Below, one piece after another: positions 1-8,691 of a stretch of DNA of 30,824 nt. This stretch comes from Candidatus Omnitrophota bacterium (GTDB taxonomy: Bacteria; Omnitrophota; Gorgyraeia; Gorgyraeales; Gorgyraeaceae), in the NCBI GenBank assembly GCA_026387215.1, contig JAPLMC010000036.1, forward strand, positions 1-30,824. Direction: 5' to 3'. The first letter of the stretch is position 1; each line of letters opens with the position of its first letter. Made by a program: the position numbers and the translations under genes. Below the pieces are notes generated by a model. It saw only the letters and a list, made by a program, of their open reading frames with translations. It was not told where the DNA came from and did no database searches.

Positions 1-795
1 ATCTTCTAACTTATAGGTATCTATAAAATCATATTTTGTGCCGAATGTTTTTTTGTTTTCTTTGAATAATTCCGGTAATATTTTCAGTACGCCTTTCATG
101 GACTCTGACTGTTGTCTTTTGTGCTCAAAATAATAATCCTGCAGGTCCAGGGGCCCGTAAGTCACTGGATTATCAACATCCAGAAGAGGATGAGCTGCTT
201 TATATTCCCCCACAAACTCTTTTACTAATTTGTCTTCGAATAACTGAACACCTTCCACTGCATGGCTTGTTATAAAACCATCCTGACAAACCATTACAGG
301 TAAAAGTATGTCCTTATGCTCTGCGATCCTTACGGCAAGTATTGTGTTTTCATACACTTCCTGGCCGCTCTCGCAGTAAATCTGTATCCAGCCCGAATCT
401 CTGGCGCCCATTGTATCAGAATGGTCGCAGTGAATATTGATCGGGCCTGAAAGCGCGCGATTTACAACAGGCATTACTATAGGAAGCCTGAGCGAGGCTG
501 CAATGTAAACTATTTCCCACATTAGCGCAAGGCCGTTTGCGGAAGTAGCTGTCATGGTTCTAGCGCCTGCTGCTGAAGCTCCGACGCACGCGCTCATGGC
601 GCTGTGCTCTGATTCTACAGGTATAAGCTCTGTCGAGACCTGGCCGTTTGCGACATAGTTTGAAAAATACATCACTATTTCAGTCTGAGGCGTAATAGGG
701 TAGGCAGCTACTACATCAGGGTCTATCTGCTTCATAGCCGTTGCCACTGCCTGGTCGCCTGTCAGAGGTATCTTTTTGGATTTAGTCTGTGCCAT
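1..795 (-). CDS. porA: Pyruvate:ferredoxin oxidoreductase alpha subunit (runs off window start)
   Basis: Not in ORF track. Manual translation from ATG at 795 gives MAQTKSKKIPLTGDQAVATAMKQIDPDVVAAYPITPQTEIV...VESEHSAMSACVGASAAGARTMTATSANGLALMWE, with YPITP and ESEHSA motifs; lies next to the gamma and delta genes. Confidence 0.95.
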   Translation of the reverse strand, partial: MAQTKSKKIPLTGDQAVATAMKQIDPDVVAAYPITPQTEIVMYFSNYVANGQVSTELIPVESEHSAMSACVGASAAGARTMTATSANGLALMWEIVYIAASLRLPIVMPVVNRALSGPINIHCDHSDTMGARDSGWIQIYCESGQEVYENTILAVRIAEHKDILLPVMVCQDGFITSHAVEGVQLFEDKLVKEFVGEYKAAHPLLDVDNPVTYGPLDLQDYYFEHKRQQSESMKGVLKILPELFKENKKTFGTKYDFIDTYKLED

Positions 796-796
796 A

Positions 797-1078
797 TTAT
801 TCCTTTTTCATATCAATGCATTTTACAGGGCACACCTGTGCGCATATGCCGCAGCCCTTGCAATGATCATAGTCAAAACCAGCCATTTTTCCGTCTTCTA
901 CCTTTATAGAAGAGTCCGGACAATACATCCAGCAGAAAAGGCAGTTGATGCATTTCTTATCATTTTTTTCAGGCCTGAACGTGCGCCATCCGCCTGTTTT
1001 ATATTCTTTGGCATTTCCTGCTTCCAGTATTAATCCGCCTATTGGTATTTCTTTCCAGCTCTTTTTCTTCTCAGCCAT
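797..1078 (-). CDS. porD: Pyruvate:ferredoxin oxidoreductase delta subunit (2x[4Fe-4S] ferredoxin-like)
   Basis: TGGWRTFRP, CINCLFCWMYCP and CKGCGICAQVCP motifs. Start re-called to ATG 1078 behind the GAGGTGG RBS. Confidence 0.93.
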   Translation of the reverse strand: MAEKKKSWKEIPIGGLILEAGNAKEYKTGGWRTFRPEKNDKKCINCLFCWMYCPDSSIKVEDGKMAGFDYDHCKGCGICAQVCPVKCIDMKKE

Positions 1079-1091
1079 ATCTAACCACCTC

Positions 1092-1146
1092 AACTGTACC
1101 CGATCGCCGAACGGGCGTTGTTCCCGTTCGGTGATAGGGTACAGTT
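1092..1146. repeat. Long intercistronic inverted repeat between por gamma and delta genes
   Basis: AACTGTACCC-GATCGCCGAACGGG-cgttgtt-CCCGTTCGGTGAT-A-GGGTACAGTT; abuts the porD RBS; no U-tract. Confidence 0.8.
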
Positions 1147-1147
1147 T

Positions 1148-1717
1148 TTATCCCAATTTTAATTCGCTATAAGCCCTTTTTATACCTTCTATATTTGCCT
1201 TTGTTTTTTCTTCGCCTAACTTCTTGAGAAACTTCGCCTTTACTATATCACTCACTTCATCTATGGTAACAATACTATTTATTTTCAGAAAAGCGCCCAG
1301 CATAGGCATATTCGGCATAGGAATTTTTAAAGTCTCCAAAGCAATCTTAGTAGCATCCACTGTGCCTACCTTGCCGTGTTTAAAATTAACTATCTTTCTT
1401 ATCTCTTCCGGGGATTTTTCAGTATTAACAAGTAATACACCGTTATCTTCCAGGCCTTCTGTTACATTCACGCTGGCCAGAAGAGTAGCGTCTATAACAA
1501 TCACCACATCAGGGTTTTTGACAGAGCTATGGACGTAAATAGGCTCATCGCTGATACGGGTAAACGCCTTCATAGGAGCGCCCGCCCTTTCAGGCCCGTA
1601 CTCAGGAAAAGCCTGTATATATTTGCCTATATCAAGAGCTGCTTCCCCGAGAAACTGAGAAGCTGTCTTTGCGCCTTGGCCACCTCTTCCATGCCATGCA
1701 ACTTCTACCATTGACAT
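1148..1717 (-). CDS. porC: Pyruvate:ferredoxin oxidoreductase gamma subunit
   Basis: WHGRGGQGAKTA, AFPEYGPERAGAP and NMPMLGA motifs. Confidence 0.95.
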   Translation of the reverse strand: MSMVEVAWHGRGGQGAKTASQFLGEAALDIGKYIQAFPEYGPERAGAPMKAFTRISDEPIYVHSSVKNPDVVIVIDATLLASVNVTEGLEDNGVLLVNTEKSPEEIRKIVNFKHGKVGTVDATKIALETLKIPMPNMPMLGAFLKINSIVTIDEVSDIVKAKFLKKLGEEKTKANIEGIKRAYSELKLG

Positions 1718-1751
1718 AAAGATACCTTTCTATTAATAAAAACGTCTTTCT

Positions 1752-1780
1752 ATTGTATAATCCAAACCTTTATTTGTCAA
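1752..1780 (-). promoter_or_regulatory. Sigma70-type promoter of por operon
   Basis: Minus strand TTGACA-17 nt-TACAAT, about 35 nt upstream of the porC ATG. Confidence 0.75.
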
Positions 1781-1810
1781 GGAAATCTGTTTTTAAGGAT
1801 TTTTGCCTAT

Positions 1811-2410
1811 TTATACAGGAAGTCTTCCTTCAAGAGCCCTTATCAAAGTGGCCTGATCTATATAGTCCAAATTCCCGCCTACGGGAATACCATATGCAAT
1901 GCGGCTAATCTTAATCTTTAACGGCTGAATATTCTCTGAAAGATATAATGCCGTGGTCTCGCCTTCCGCATTTGAGTCCATGGCAAGTATTATTTCCTTC
2001 ACCTTGTCCTCTTTTATGCGAGTTATAAGTTCTTTTATCCTTAATTCCTCAGGCCCTATGCCGTCAAGCAGCGATATAACCCCGAAAAGAACGTGATAGA
2101 CCCCTTTGTACCTACCTGATTTTTCTATCGATATCAAATCTGTCGGCTCCTCTACCACACATATAATAGTTTTGTCTCTTCTTAAGTCATTGCAAATCGA
2201 ACAAGTTTCCGTTTCGCTTAAGTTACCGCAAATTTTACAGAACCTGACATCCTCTTTAACCTTGCGTATCACAGAAGAAAACGTTACCATCTCATCGCCA
2301 GGCGATTTAAGCACATAAAAAGCCATTCTTTCAGCTGTTTTAGAGCCTATCCCAGGCATTTTCTTGAAACACTCTATTAATTCCTGCATTGACTTTGTGT
2401 AAGTGCTCAT
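1811..2410 (-). CDS. recR: Recombination mediator RecR
   Basis: MPGIGSKTAERMAF HhH, C4 zinc finger, TOPRIM ICVVEE and EGETTA motifs. Confidence 0.97.
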   Translation of the reverse strand: MSTYTKSMQELIECFKKMPGIGSKTAERMAFYVLKSPGDEMVTFSSVIRKVKEDVRFCKICGNLSETETCSICNDLRRDKTIICVVEEPTDLISIEKSGRYKGVYHVLFGVISLLDGIGPEELRIKELITRIKEDKVKEIILAMDSNAEGETTALYLSENIQPLKIKISRIAYGIPVGGNLDYIDQATLIRALEGRLPV

Positions 2411-4086
2411 ATCTGATTATTCTTTGTTGTCTTAAAAAGCCTGCCGCCGAATATATTTAAAGCTGAATCTATTCGCGGCTCTTTGGTTTTAAAATCTTCC
2501 TTTATCTCGCTATTATTAGCTATAGCTTCTTTTTGTTTTCTATCAGTTGGAATAAAGCTCATCTTAACAGGCATATCCATTATCTGCGAAAGCGCTTGCT
2601 CTATAGCGTCTTTATTATTTTTTTCCTCAAGAACTTCCCTGTGAAAATTGAGTTCCTTAGGAAAACCTATAATTATAACATTACCTTTAACAGAATCGGG
2701 CTCTCCTTCTGCCAGATATGAAGATATAGACATCCTTTTAACAGCCATTGCCTTTACAAGTATCGGCCAGGCATCTTTGACCCTATTTATATCAATTGAT
2801 ATTGGTGTCTGAGCGCTATTGGTTAGCGCAAGATTAGAGATTTCAGACTTCTTATTATTTTCAGTAGCTGGCACAATCTTTTTAAAGAAAGATTTTTCTT
2901 CATGAACTGGATGAGCCGAAACTGGCCTTGGGGTTTCACCAACATTCCCGCTGGATGGGGCATGCAATTTCGAAAGTATCTCCTCTATAGAGATAATAGA
3001 ATCCCGAGAGGCAAGTTTTATCATAGAAAGTTCAAAAACTATCCTTTCAGGAAGAAGTTGTTTTATCATCTTCAGACCATTAGAAATAACGCTTATTATA
3101 TAGAATATATCACCCTGCGTAAGCAAGCCTGCCTGAACCTTAATCCTATCTATGGAATCTTTCGGCAGACAAATTATCTCGTCTGAATCTATGCCTGATT
3201 TTACAATCATTATATTTCTGAAATGCTCCAGAAGTTCCAGGAGAAACTGTTTTGCATCTTTTCCAGAATTCAATATTTCATCCACCAGATGAATGCCGGA
3301 TTTTGTATCTTTACTAATAATCAATTCTGCGCTTTTAAATAGGGTTTCCTGGTCTATCATACCAAGAGACTCTATCACATTCTTCAGACTGACTTTTCCT
3401 TTGCTGAAAGACGCTATCTGGTCAAGTATGCTCTCCGCGTCTCGCATGCTCCCGTCAGACGCCTTCGCGATATATAAAAATGCTTCTTCATCTATATTTA
3501 AATTTTCGACTTTACATACCTCGTGAAGCTTAGCGGTAATATCCTTGATCTGTATACGCCTGAAATCAAATCTCTGGCACCTAGAAAGTATGGTCGGAAG
3601 AACCTTGTGCGGCTCTGTTGTCGCGAATATAAATTTCACGTGCATTGGCGGCTCTTCCAGAGTCTTTAAAAGAGCGTTAAACGCCTCTGTGGTAAGCATA
3701 TGGACTTCGTCTATGATATATATCTTGAAATGGCCTTTTGAAGGAGAAAATTTTACTGTTTCTCTTAAATTTCTAATTTCATCTATCCCGCGATTGGATG
3801 CACCGTCTATCTCTATAACATCCATGCTGGAGCCAGAGGTAATTTCTTTGCAGGTAGAGCAAGCATTGCACGGCTTTACAGAAAGCCCCTTTTCGCAATT
3901 CAAAGCTTTAGAAAATATCCTGGCGGTAGAAGTTTTGCCTATGCCTCTTGGCCCCGTGAACAGATAGGCATGATGGAGTCTGTCCATTGAAATAGCGTTC
4001 TTAAGGGTAGTTGTAATATGCTCTTGCCCCACTATCTCATCAAAGTCCTGCGGCCGCCATTTACGCGCGAAAGGTAAGTATCCCAT
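2407..4086 (-). CDS. dnaX: DNA polymerase III subunit gamma/tau
   Basis: ARKWRPQDF, GPRGIGKT, IIDEVHML, FNALLKTLEEPP and SRC motifs; ATGA overlap with recR. Confidence 0.97.
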   Translation of the reverse strand: MGYLPFARKWRPQDFDEIVGQEHITTTLKNAISMDRLHHAYLFTGPRGIGKTSTARIFSKALNCEKGLSVKPCNACSTCKEITSGSSMDVIEIDGASNRGIDEIRNLRETVKFSPSKGHFKIYIIDEVHMLTTEAFNALLKTLEEPPMHVKFIFATTEPHKVLPTILSRCQRFDFRRIQIKDITAKLHEVCKVENLNIDEEAFLYIAKASDGSMRDAESILDQIASFSKGKVSLKNVIESLGMIDQETLFKSAELIISKDTKSGIHLVDEILNSGKDAKQFLLELLEHFRNIMIVKSGIDSDEIICLPKDSIDRIKVQAGLLTQGDIFYIISVISNGLKMIKQLLPERIVFELSMIKLASRDSIISIEEILSKLHAPSSGNVGETPRPVSAHPVHEEKSFFKKIVPATENNKKSEISNLALTNSAQTPISIDINRVKDAWPILVKAMAVKRMSISSYLAEGEPDSVKGNVIIIGFPKELNFHREVLEEKNNKDAIEQALSQIMDMPVKMSFIPTDRKQKEAIANNSEIKEDFKTKEPRIDSALNIFGGRLFKTTKNNQI

Positions 4087-4089
4087 AGG

Positions 4090-4490
4090 CTAAAATTTTA
4101 TCATAGTTTTCCAATAAAAGAAACTACAAAAATATCCCGATCTCCAACAGTCTTCAGCAGAATACAAGAAAATACAGCCAGCGAAATAAAAAACCTGCGC
4201 TAGTTCCTGAATTTCAATAACAGCAAGGTCTAAAAAATAAACTTCTATTACCCAGGCAATCGCGAATAAAGCCGGAAAAACCTTGCGCAAAAACTAGTAT
4301 GTCAATATCGGCTTTTCAAACTGCAGCGCGTCAAATAGATAAGACGTAAGCCAGGTATGGTACTTTACTGTTTCCTTTGCTGTCTGGGTATAAAAACTTT
4401 GTCCTGATTTGTAAGACTCAGGAGACTGTTACCAAGCATGAAGACATACAGTATAAAAATATTAATATTACTATATGCCTTGTTTGGTTA
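4090..4490 (-). pseudogene. Degraded N-terminal fragment of an ArnT/GT39-like lipid-linked glycosyltransferase
   Basis: Stitching frames gives DKVF/YTQTAKETVKYHTWLTSYLFDALQFEKPILTY*FLRKVFPALFAIAW, resembling the ArnT/PMT_2 DE..Y...AKEM....WLTP.L.....FEKP.L.YW motif. There is a 1-nt loss in a T run near 4392 and a TAG at 4294-4296 where Trp is expected. Boundaries approximate. Confidence 0.7.
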
Positions 4491-4496
4491 TATTGA

Positions 4497-5150
4497 TCAT
4501 TGGCTCGCCAGTTTTTTCCCGTAAATACAGACTATAATATCTTTACTAAGTATATGCTTAAAATACGACCTGGGCGCAGAATAAACCAGATTGAAACCAT
4601 TGTTTTTAAAAAATTTCCCGCCTTCTTCAGACATAGTGGAAAGATGAACCCCTTTTATTTTTTTAACTGTACTATATTCTAAAAAAGAAGATATGAGCTT
4701 TGAACCAATGCCTAATTTTCTGAAACTTTCCATGATATTTATATGCAGGATAGCCGGATAGTCTTCAGAAAAATCAGGGGACCTGAACTCTCCATTTAAA
4801 AAACCATTAAAACAATTCTTAAGATATTCGGAATCTTTCTTTTTTAATAAAACGCCTCTTGTTATTGCTTTAATAAATAGCATTGGTATTATTTTAAATA
4901 TAAAAATTTTCTTTAACTTGGCCTCATCTTCCGCGCCAATCAGATAACCTACAACATTTCCTTTGGATTCCGCGACAAAACAAGATTCAGGCTCATAGTC
5001 AGTAAAATATAATGTAAGAAAATCCGAGAATATCTCTCTGTCGCTAAAAAATACGCTCGCAGGCTTTCCCATAAAAGCTGTTTCCCAAGCAATATCCCTT
5101 ACAACTTGCCTGTCTTTTCTTTTATACTTCCTAATAACAATATCTTCCAT
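4497..5150 (-). CDS. GNAT family N-acetyltransferase
   Basis: FVAESKGNVVGYL, LHINIMESFRKLGIGSKLI (acetyl-CoA binding motif A), FFKNNGF. Confidence 0.85.
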   Translation of the reverse strand: MEDIVIRKYKRKDRQVVRDIAWETAFMGKPASVFFSDREIFSDFLTLYFTDYEPESCFVAESKGNVVGYLIGAEDEAKLKKIFIFKIIPMLFIKAITRGVLLKKKDSEYLKNCFNGFLNGEFRSPDFSEDYPAILHINIMESFRKLGIGSKLISSFLEYSTVKKIKGVHLSTMSEEGGKFFKNNGFNLVYSAPRSYFKHILSKDIIVCIYGKKLASQ

Positions 5151-5153
5151 TTT

Positions 5154-6505
5154 TTATTGCAAATATAATGTACGCCAGCTTGTTTCATCCAGAGGCAATT
5201 TGTTAGGATAAGTCCTGGCGGATGTTAGAATACGATCGGGATTGCCAAGCAACTTTAATGGGATCTTCAGGATCAATGTATTATTTTGAGCTTCAAACTC
5301 AATATCTTTAACCTGCAAAAGTTGTTTTTTATCTCTGACATGCACCCCAAGGGTGTCCGCTTTAATATATAATTTTGGCATTTTGCTAAAATCTACCTTG
5401 CGGCTATAACCAAAAAGAAAAATGGAAACGTCGGGATACATTTCCGCCTCTTTCTTTACTTCAAACCTCACAAGCAATTTATTATCGCTGGCAGCGTAAG
5501 CAACATCCCACGCTATGCTGTTTTCCGTATCTTTTTTATGCTCAAGATCTATTTCAATACTTTGATAAGCCTCTAGATCATGCCATATAATTTCTTTGGA
5601 ATCTTCCGCGCTCAGTTTAATCGCAGGAAAATCTCCAAAAAGTTCATTTCTTCTAGCAAACGTAAAAAGATACCAGGGATTATACTCTATCTGGCTCTTA
5701 TAAAAAGATATAGCGTTATGCTTTGTTTTCAATTCTTCCATTCTATGCCGCTATTAGCCAGCGAGCCAGGCTTTTTTAATTCCAATTCAGGGTGGTAACC
5801 TCTTGGAACTGGCCAATGCGCAGCATGTATAATATAAGGAAAAACCCGGGGAGATTGAAACTTCCCTTCTAAATCCCATAACGCAACCTGCAAAAATAGA
5901 TACAGCGATTTATGGTCTCGATTTATATCGCCTGGATGGGAAACAAATATTTTTGTTGGTTTAAAGCCTGCTATTATTTTCTCTATATCCTTTAGAATGT
6001 TGTTTCCCGTATACAAAGCGCCCACAGACATAGCTTCGCGATAAGAAACCTTGGATGCCCTTGTAAGTAAGCCTTGATATGGCTTAACGTTTCCCCAGTA
6101 TTTAGTAAATATCTCCAATGTGCCAAAATCAGGATATCCTAAAAAAATGATATCTGACGGGTTCACCCCAAGAGAAACCATGGCATGCATAGTCTCTCTT
6201 CTTCTAACCTCTCCCATATGCAGAAATTCGCCTTTTTTAAAAGTGAGTCTTTTTTCATATACAATAAACGCTAATTCATTGTTATCGCCATTTGTATAAC
6301 ATACAACCCTGACTTTTGCATTTTGTTCCAAAGCCCTCTGTATAACCCCGCACGCACCAATAGCTTCATCGTCAGGATGAGGGGCCAGGATCAGCACTCT
6401 ATCATTTTTGGTAAAATCAATGCTGTCTTTTAAATTTCCCGCATACGCATGAGAATACGAAACTAAAAATATACAAAAGATTATAGCGAGGATTATTCTG
6501 CGCAT
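5154..6505 (-). pseudogene. PIG-L/LmbE family N-acetylglucosaminyl deacetylase split into two ORFs (5729-6505 and 5154-5741)
   Basis: The N part has a signal/TM segment, LAPHPDDE and HPGDINRDH. The C part starts EELKTKHNAISFYKSQ, the terminal K..AI..Y.SQ motif of the same domain. The ORFs overlap with a -1 frame offset at about 5735. Confidence 0.7.
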
Positions 6506-6690
6506 TATTTTTTACTTAGAAATAGGATGAGTTTACCCACTAACCATATGAAAAATATTACAATAGCGGCGCTTAACACGAGGCGTAAAATAAAAGCTAT
6601 TAAAAGAAGGAGCGGAAAAAGCAAAAACCCCAGGCTTGCAATTACTCCTACGAATATTAAAAATATCATCCCTGTAAAAAATGCTTTCAT
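6505..6690 (-). CDS. Small hydrophobic membrane protein (61 aa)
   Basis: Two hydrophobic segments; fills the gap in the operon with a 1-nt overlap. Confidence 0.65.
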   Translation of the reverse strand: MKAFFTGMIFLIFVGVIASLGFLLFPLLLLIAFILRLVLSAAIVIFFIWLVGKLILFLSKK

Positions 6691-6695
6691 GTTAT

Positions 6696-7268
6696 TTATC
6701 TGAGATGTTCCCAGATTTCTATTAATATAACTACAACAATTGTAGTTATCATTGGGACTATTTCTTTTTTTATCCAGAAATCTTTCAATGACACGTATTT
6801 GTTAAGCCTTGATAAATAATCAAACCGCGGGAAATACTTCGGAGTAAGTTTGCAATATTCTTTGTATTCCTGGCCAAATCTTTCCAGAAGAATTACTTCT
6901 TCTTTTTTCATCTGAGGGGCATAGATTAATAAAGATATGGCGGCGAATAAGAAAAAAAACCACGGCTCTAGTAGCATTATCACGACCCCCGTACCTATCA
7001 TAAATGTCCCGAAATACATAGGGTTTCTTATGACAGCATACGGTCCGTCTTTAACCAGGGTATTGCCATTAGATGATTTTTCTTCTTTATACCCTCTTGC
7101 TGAGATGCGAAACAAAAAACCAAACAAGATAAACCCCATACCAACTGCGCTCAGCACCCCATCCAGAAATACCTGGCGCTGGTGAGGAAATACAGAATTG
7201 GAGAGCAAAATTACCACTCCCAGGCCCAAAAACATAAGACCACCTTGTATTTTTATGCGAATTTTCAT
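6696..7268 (-). CDS. Isoprenylcysteine carboxyl methyltransferase / PEMT-like membrane methyltransferase
   Basis: LVKDGPYAVIRNPMYFG and EE..L..RFG.EY..Y....P.YFP motifs. Start re-called to ATG 7268 because the longer ORF runs through a tRNA gene. Confidence 0.85.
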   Translation of the reverse strand: MKIRIKIQGGLMFLGLGVVILLSNSVFPHQRQVFLDGVLSAVGMGFILFGFLFRISARGYKEEKSSNGNTLVKDGPYAVIRNPMYFGTFMIGTGVVIMLLEPWFFFLFAAISLLIYAPQMKKEEVILLERFGQEYKEYCKLTPKYFPRFDYLSRLNKYVSLKDFWIKKEIVPMITTIVVVILIEIWEHLR

Positions 7269-7284
7269 GATAGGTGTCTGTATT

Positions 7285-7348
7285 GTCCCTCGCGACTTAT
7301 GTATAAAACCATGGTCGCTCGGGACGAATTTGCCTTCTGCAAATTCGG
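7285..7348 (-). repeat. Two-hairpin CGAG repeat, copy A (directly 3' of tRNA-Ser-GCT)
   Basis: CCG AATTTGC AGAAG GCAAATT C GTCCCGAG CGAC CATGGTTTTATACATAA GTCG CGAGGGAC. Confidence 0.9.
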
Positions 7349-7439
7349 CGGAGAGGCAGGGATTCGAACCCTGGATACAGCTTTTCAACCGTATATCGGT
7401 TTAGCAAACCGACGCACTAGGCCACTATGCGACCTCTCC
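7349..7439 (-). tRNA. tRNA-Ser(GCT)
   Basis: GGAGAGG acceptor, TCGGT-TTGCTAA-ACCGA anticodon arm, long variable arm, GGTTCGAATCC T loop, G discriminator. CCA not encoded (CCG). Confidence 0.97.
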
Positions 7440-7511
7440 AAATTTACTTCGTAAATTTGGATCCCGAGTCAGTCTTGCCACCGCTTTGCAATAGCGGGCA
7501 AGACGAGGAAT
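7440..7511 (+). repeat. Two-hairpin CGAG repeat, copy B (directly 5' of tRNA-Ser-GCT, opposite strand)
   Basis: (CC)A AATTTAC TTC GTAAATT TGG ATCCCGAG ... TCTTGCCACCGCT TTGCAAT AGCGGGCAAGA CGAGGAAT; the inner hairpin differs from other copies. Confidence 0.8.
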
Positions 7512-7529
7512 CTATTGCTTCAGGGGTTA

Positions 7530-7558
7530 ATTCTATCATATATCAAGAACAGTATCAA
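7530..7558 (-). promoter_or_regulatory. Sigma70-type promoter of tRNA-Ser(GCT)
   Basis: TTGATA-17-TAGAAT with extended -10 TG. Confidence 0.65.
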
Positions 7559-7587
7559 TACTTGATTTACGAAACAGCTGTAAATAT

Positions 7588-7625
7588 AAAAAAGGGCAGT
7601 AGTTTAGAAACTAACTGCCCTTTTT
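7588..7625. terminator. Intrinsic terminator after the secreted-protein cluster (bidirectional shape)
   Basis: AAAAAGGGCAGT-AGTTT..AAACT-A-ACTGCCCTTTTT, with A/T tracts on both sides. Confidence 0.8.
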
Positions 7626-7639
7626 ATTAAAATACAATA

Positions 7640-8017
7640 CTATTGCTGATTCTCTATTGAAATCAAACCTAGTTCTTTGCCTTCTAGTTCAGCTGTAACC
7701 ATTACTTGAAGCTTGCTATCAGGTCTTTTCAAAAAAATCTCTACTTTAGCACTGCTTGCTTTGTCAAACTTTAAAAGTTTTCCATCGCTAAATATAGAAT
7801 ATCCGCTGGCCGCACATTTTGGCAAAAGAGCGCATTCTTTTGTATGCGTTTTTACAAAATCCGATAACTGGTTTTTATTCTGAGAACTTGCGCATTTATT
7901 ATCAATAATATAGCCTTTCAGCATTAAAGTTTTTTCGAATTTAGCTGGTGTTTCTCCGGCAAATGCCATTGACACTACAAAACAGGCTAATATCGCAAAA
8001 CAAAATATTTTCTTCAT
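7640..8017 (-). CDS. Secreted hypothetical protein with IDNKC...HTKECALLPKC motif
   Basis: Signal peptide (AFA); three clustered Cys plus His. Confidence 0.75.
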   Translation of the reverse strand: MKKIFCFAILACFVVSMAFAGETPAKFEKTLMLKGYIIDNKCASSQNKNQLSDFVKTHTKECALLPKCAASGYSIFSDGKLLKFDKASSAKVEIFLKRPDSKLQVMVTAELEGKELGLISIENQQ

Positions 8018-8040
8018 ATTTTTTCTACCCCTGGTAAAAT

Positions 8041-8409
8041 TTATTTCTGAATTCTTATAGAAGTCGCTTCGTTAACGCCTTCTTTTGTAGTGATATAAGC
8101 TACTTTTACATTTGAATCTTTCTTAACGCTATCCAAAAGCATAGTATTAGAATAAGCGTCATAAATAGTAGTGGTACTTTTTACTAAAAACGTGAGTTTC
8201 TGATTTTTCTCATTCTCTGCTGTAATTTCAGACTTGGTTCCTTTTGCTATGTCAGGTAAAGACACGGATTCTATTTTCCCCGTAAATACCCTGGTCTCAA
8301 TAGCCTTTGGCGCAGCTTTAGCAACAATTGGCAGCACAGTCTGCTCTGCTGCAAAACATAATGAACTTACAAAAGTAGCCACGATTATTGTTAAAAGTAT
8401 CTTTTTCAT
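8041..8409 (-). CDS. Secreted hypothetical beta-rich (OB-fold-like) protein
   Basis: Signal peptide; FTGKIESV...LTFLVKSTTTI...VKVAY pattern; RBS GGAGG. Confidence 0.7.
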   Translation of the reverse strand: MKKILLTIIVATFVSSLCFAAEQTVLPIVAKAAPKAIETRVFTGKIESVSLPDIAKGTKSEITAENEKNQKLTFLVKSTTTIYDAYSNTMLLDSVKKDSNVKVAYITTKEGVNEATSIRIQK

Positions 8410-8437
8410 ATCGTCCTCCCTTTTCTCTTTTTAAATT

Positions 8438-8665
8438 TTACTTATTAACCTTTGTGTCTTTTTTTACCTTCTTGGCTTTTACATGAGATTTTTCTTTCCT
8501 AACCTTAGTAGCTTTGGTTTTGGTTTTTACAACCTTTGCTTCTGATTTAACGACTTTACCGGCATCGGTTGTTTGACTTTGTATTTCTTCAGCAGCAAAA
8601 CTCCAAGTAGCAATGCTGACAAAAGAAATAAAAGCAATCATCATAACCTTTACTTTTGCGCTCAT
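8438..8665 (-). CDS. Small secreted Lys-rich, low-complexity protein
   Basis: Signal peptide (SFA), K/V/T-rich tail, RBS AAGGAGG. Confidence 0.7.
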   Translation of the reverse strand: MSAKVKVMMIAFISFVSIATWSFAAEEIQSQTTDAGKVVKSEAKVVKTKTKATKVRKEKSHVKAKKVKKDTKVNK

Positions 8666-8691
8666 AGAGCACCTCCTTTCTTATTAAAACA

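Noticed and set aside
2870-2900. Programmed -1 frameshift in dnaX (TTT AAA AAG)
   Set aside because: Not a full A AAA AAG heptamer, and no supporting stimulatory signals identified.
3001-3008. ATCCCGAG match to the repeat motif
   Set aside because: Inside the dnaX coding sequence with neither flanking hairpin; chance match.
4090-4290. 66-aa ORF as a real gene
   Set aside because: It is the post-stop remainder of the ArnT-like pseudogene.
5729-5741. TGA recoding (Sec or alternative genetic code) to explain split genes
   Set aside because: The downstream halves are in a different frame, so readthrough would not join them; TGA works as a normal stop in several ATGA overlaps.
7269-7388. N-terminal extension of ORF 6696..7388
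   Set aside because: It runs through repeat A and tRNA-Ser(GCT); protein-like sequence begins at ATG 7268.
7285-7511. Integron attC sites as the identity of the repeats
   Set aside because: No RYYYAAC...GTTRRRY core ends, no cassette array, and the integrase lacks obvious IntI context.
7182-7630. Plus-strand ORFs 7182..7454, 7198..7404, 7427..7630
   Set aside because: They overlap a tRNA, repeats and promoter/terminator, and have no recognisable motifs.
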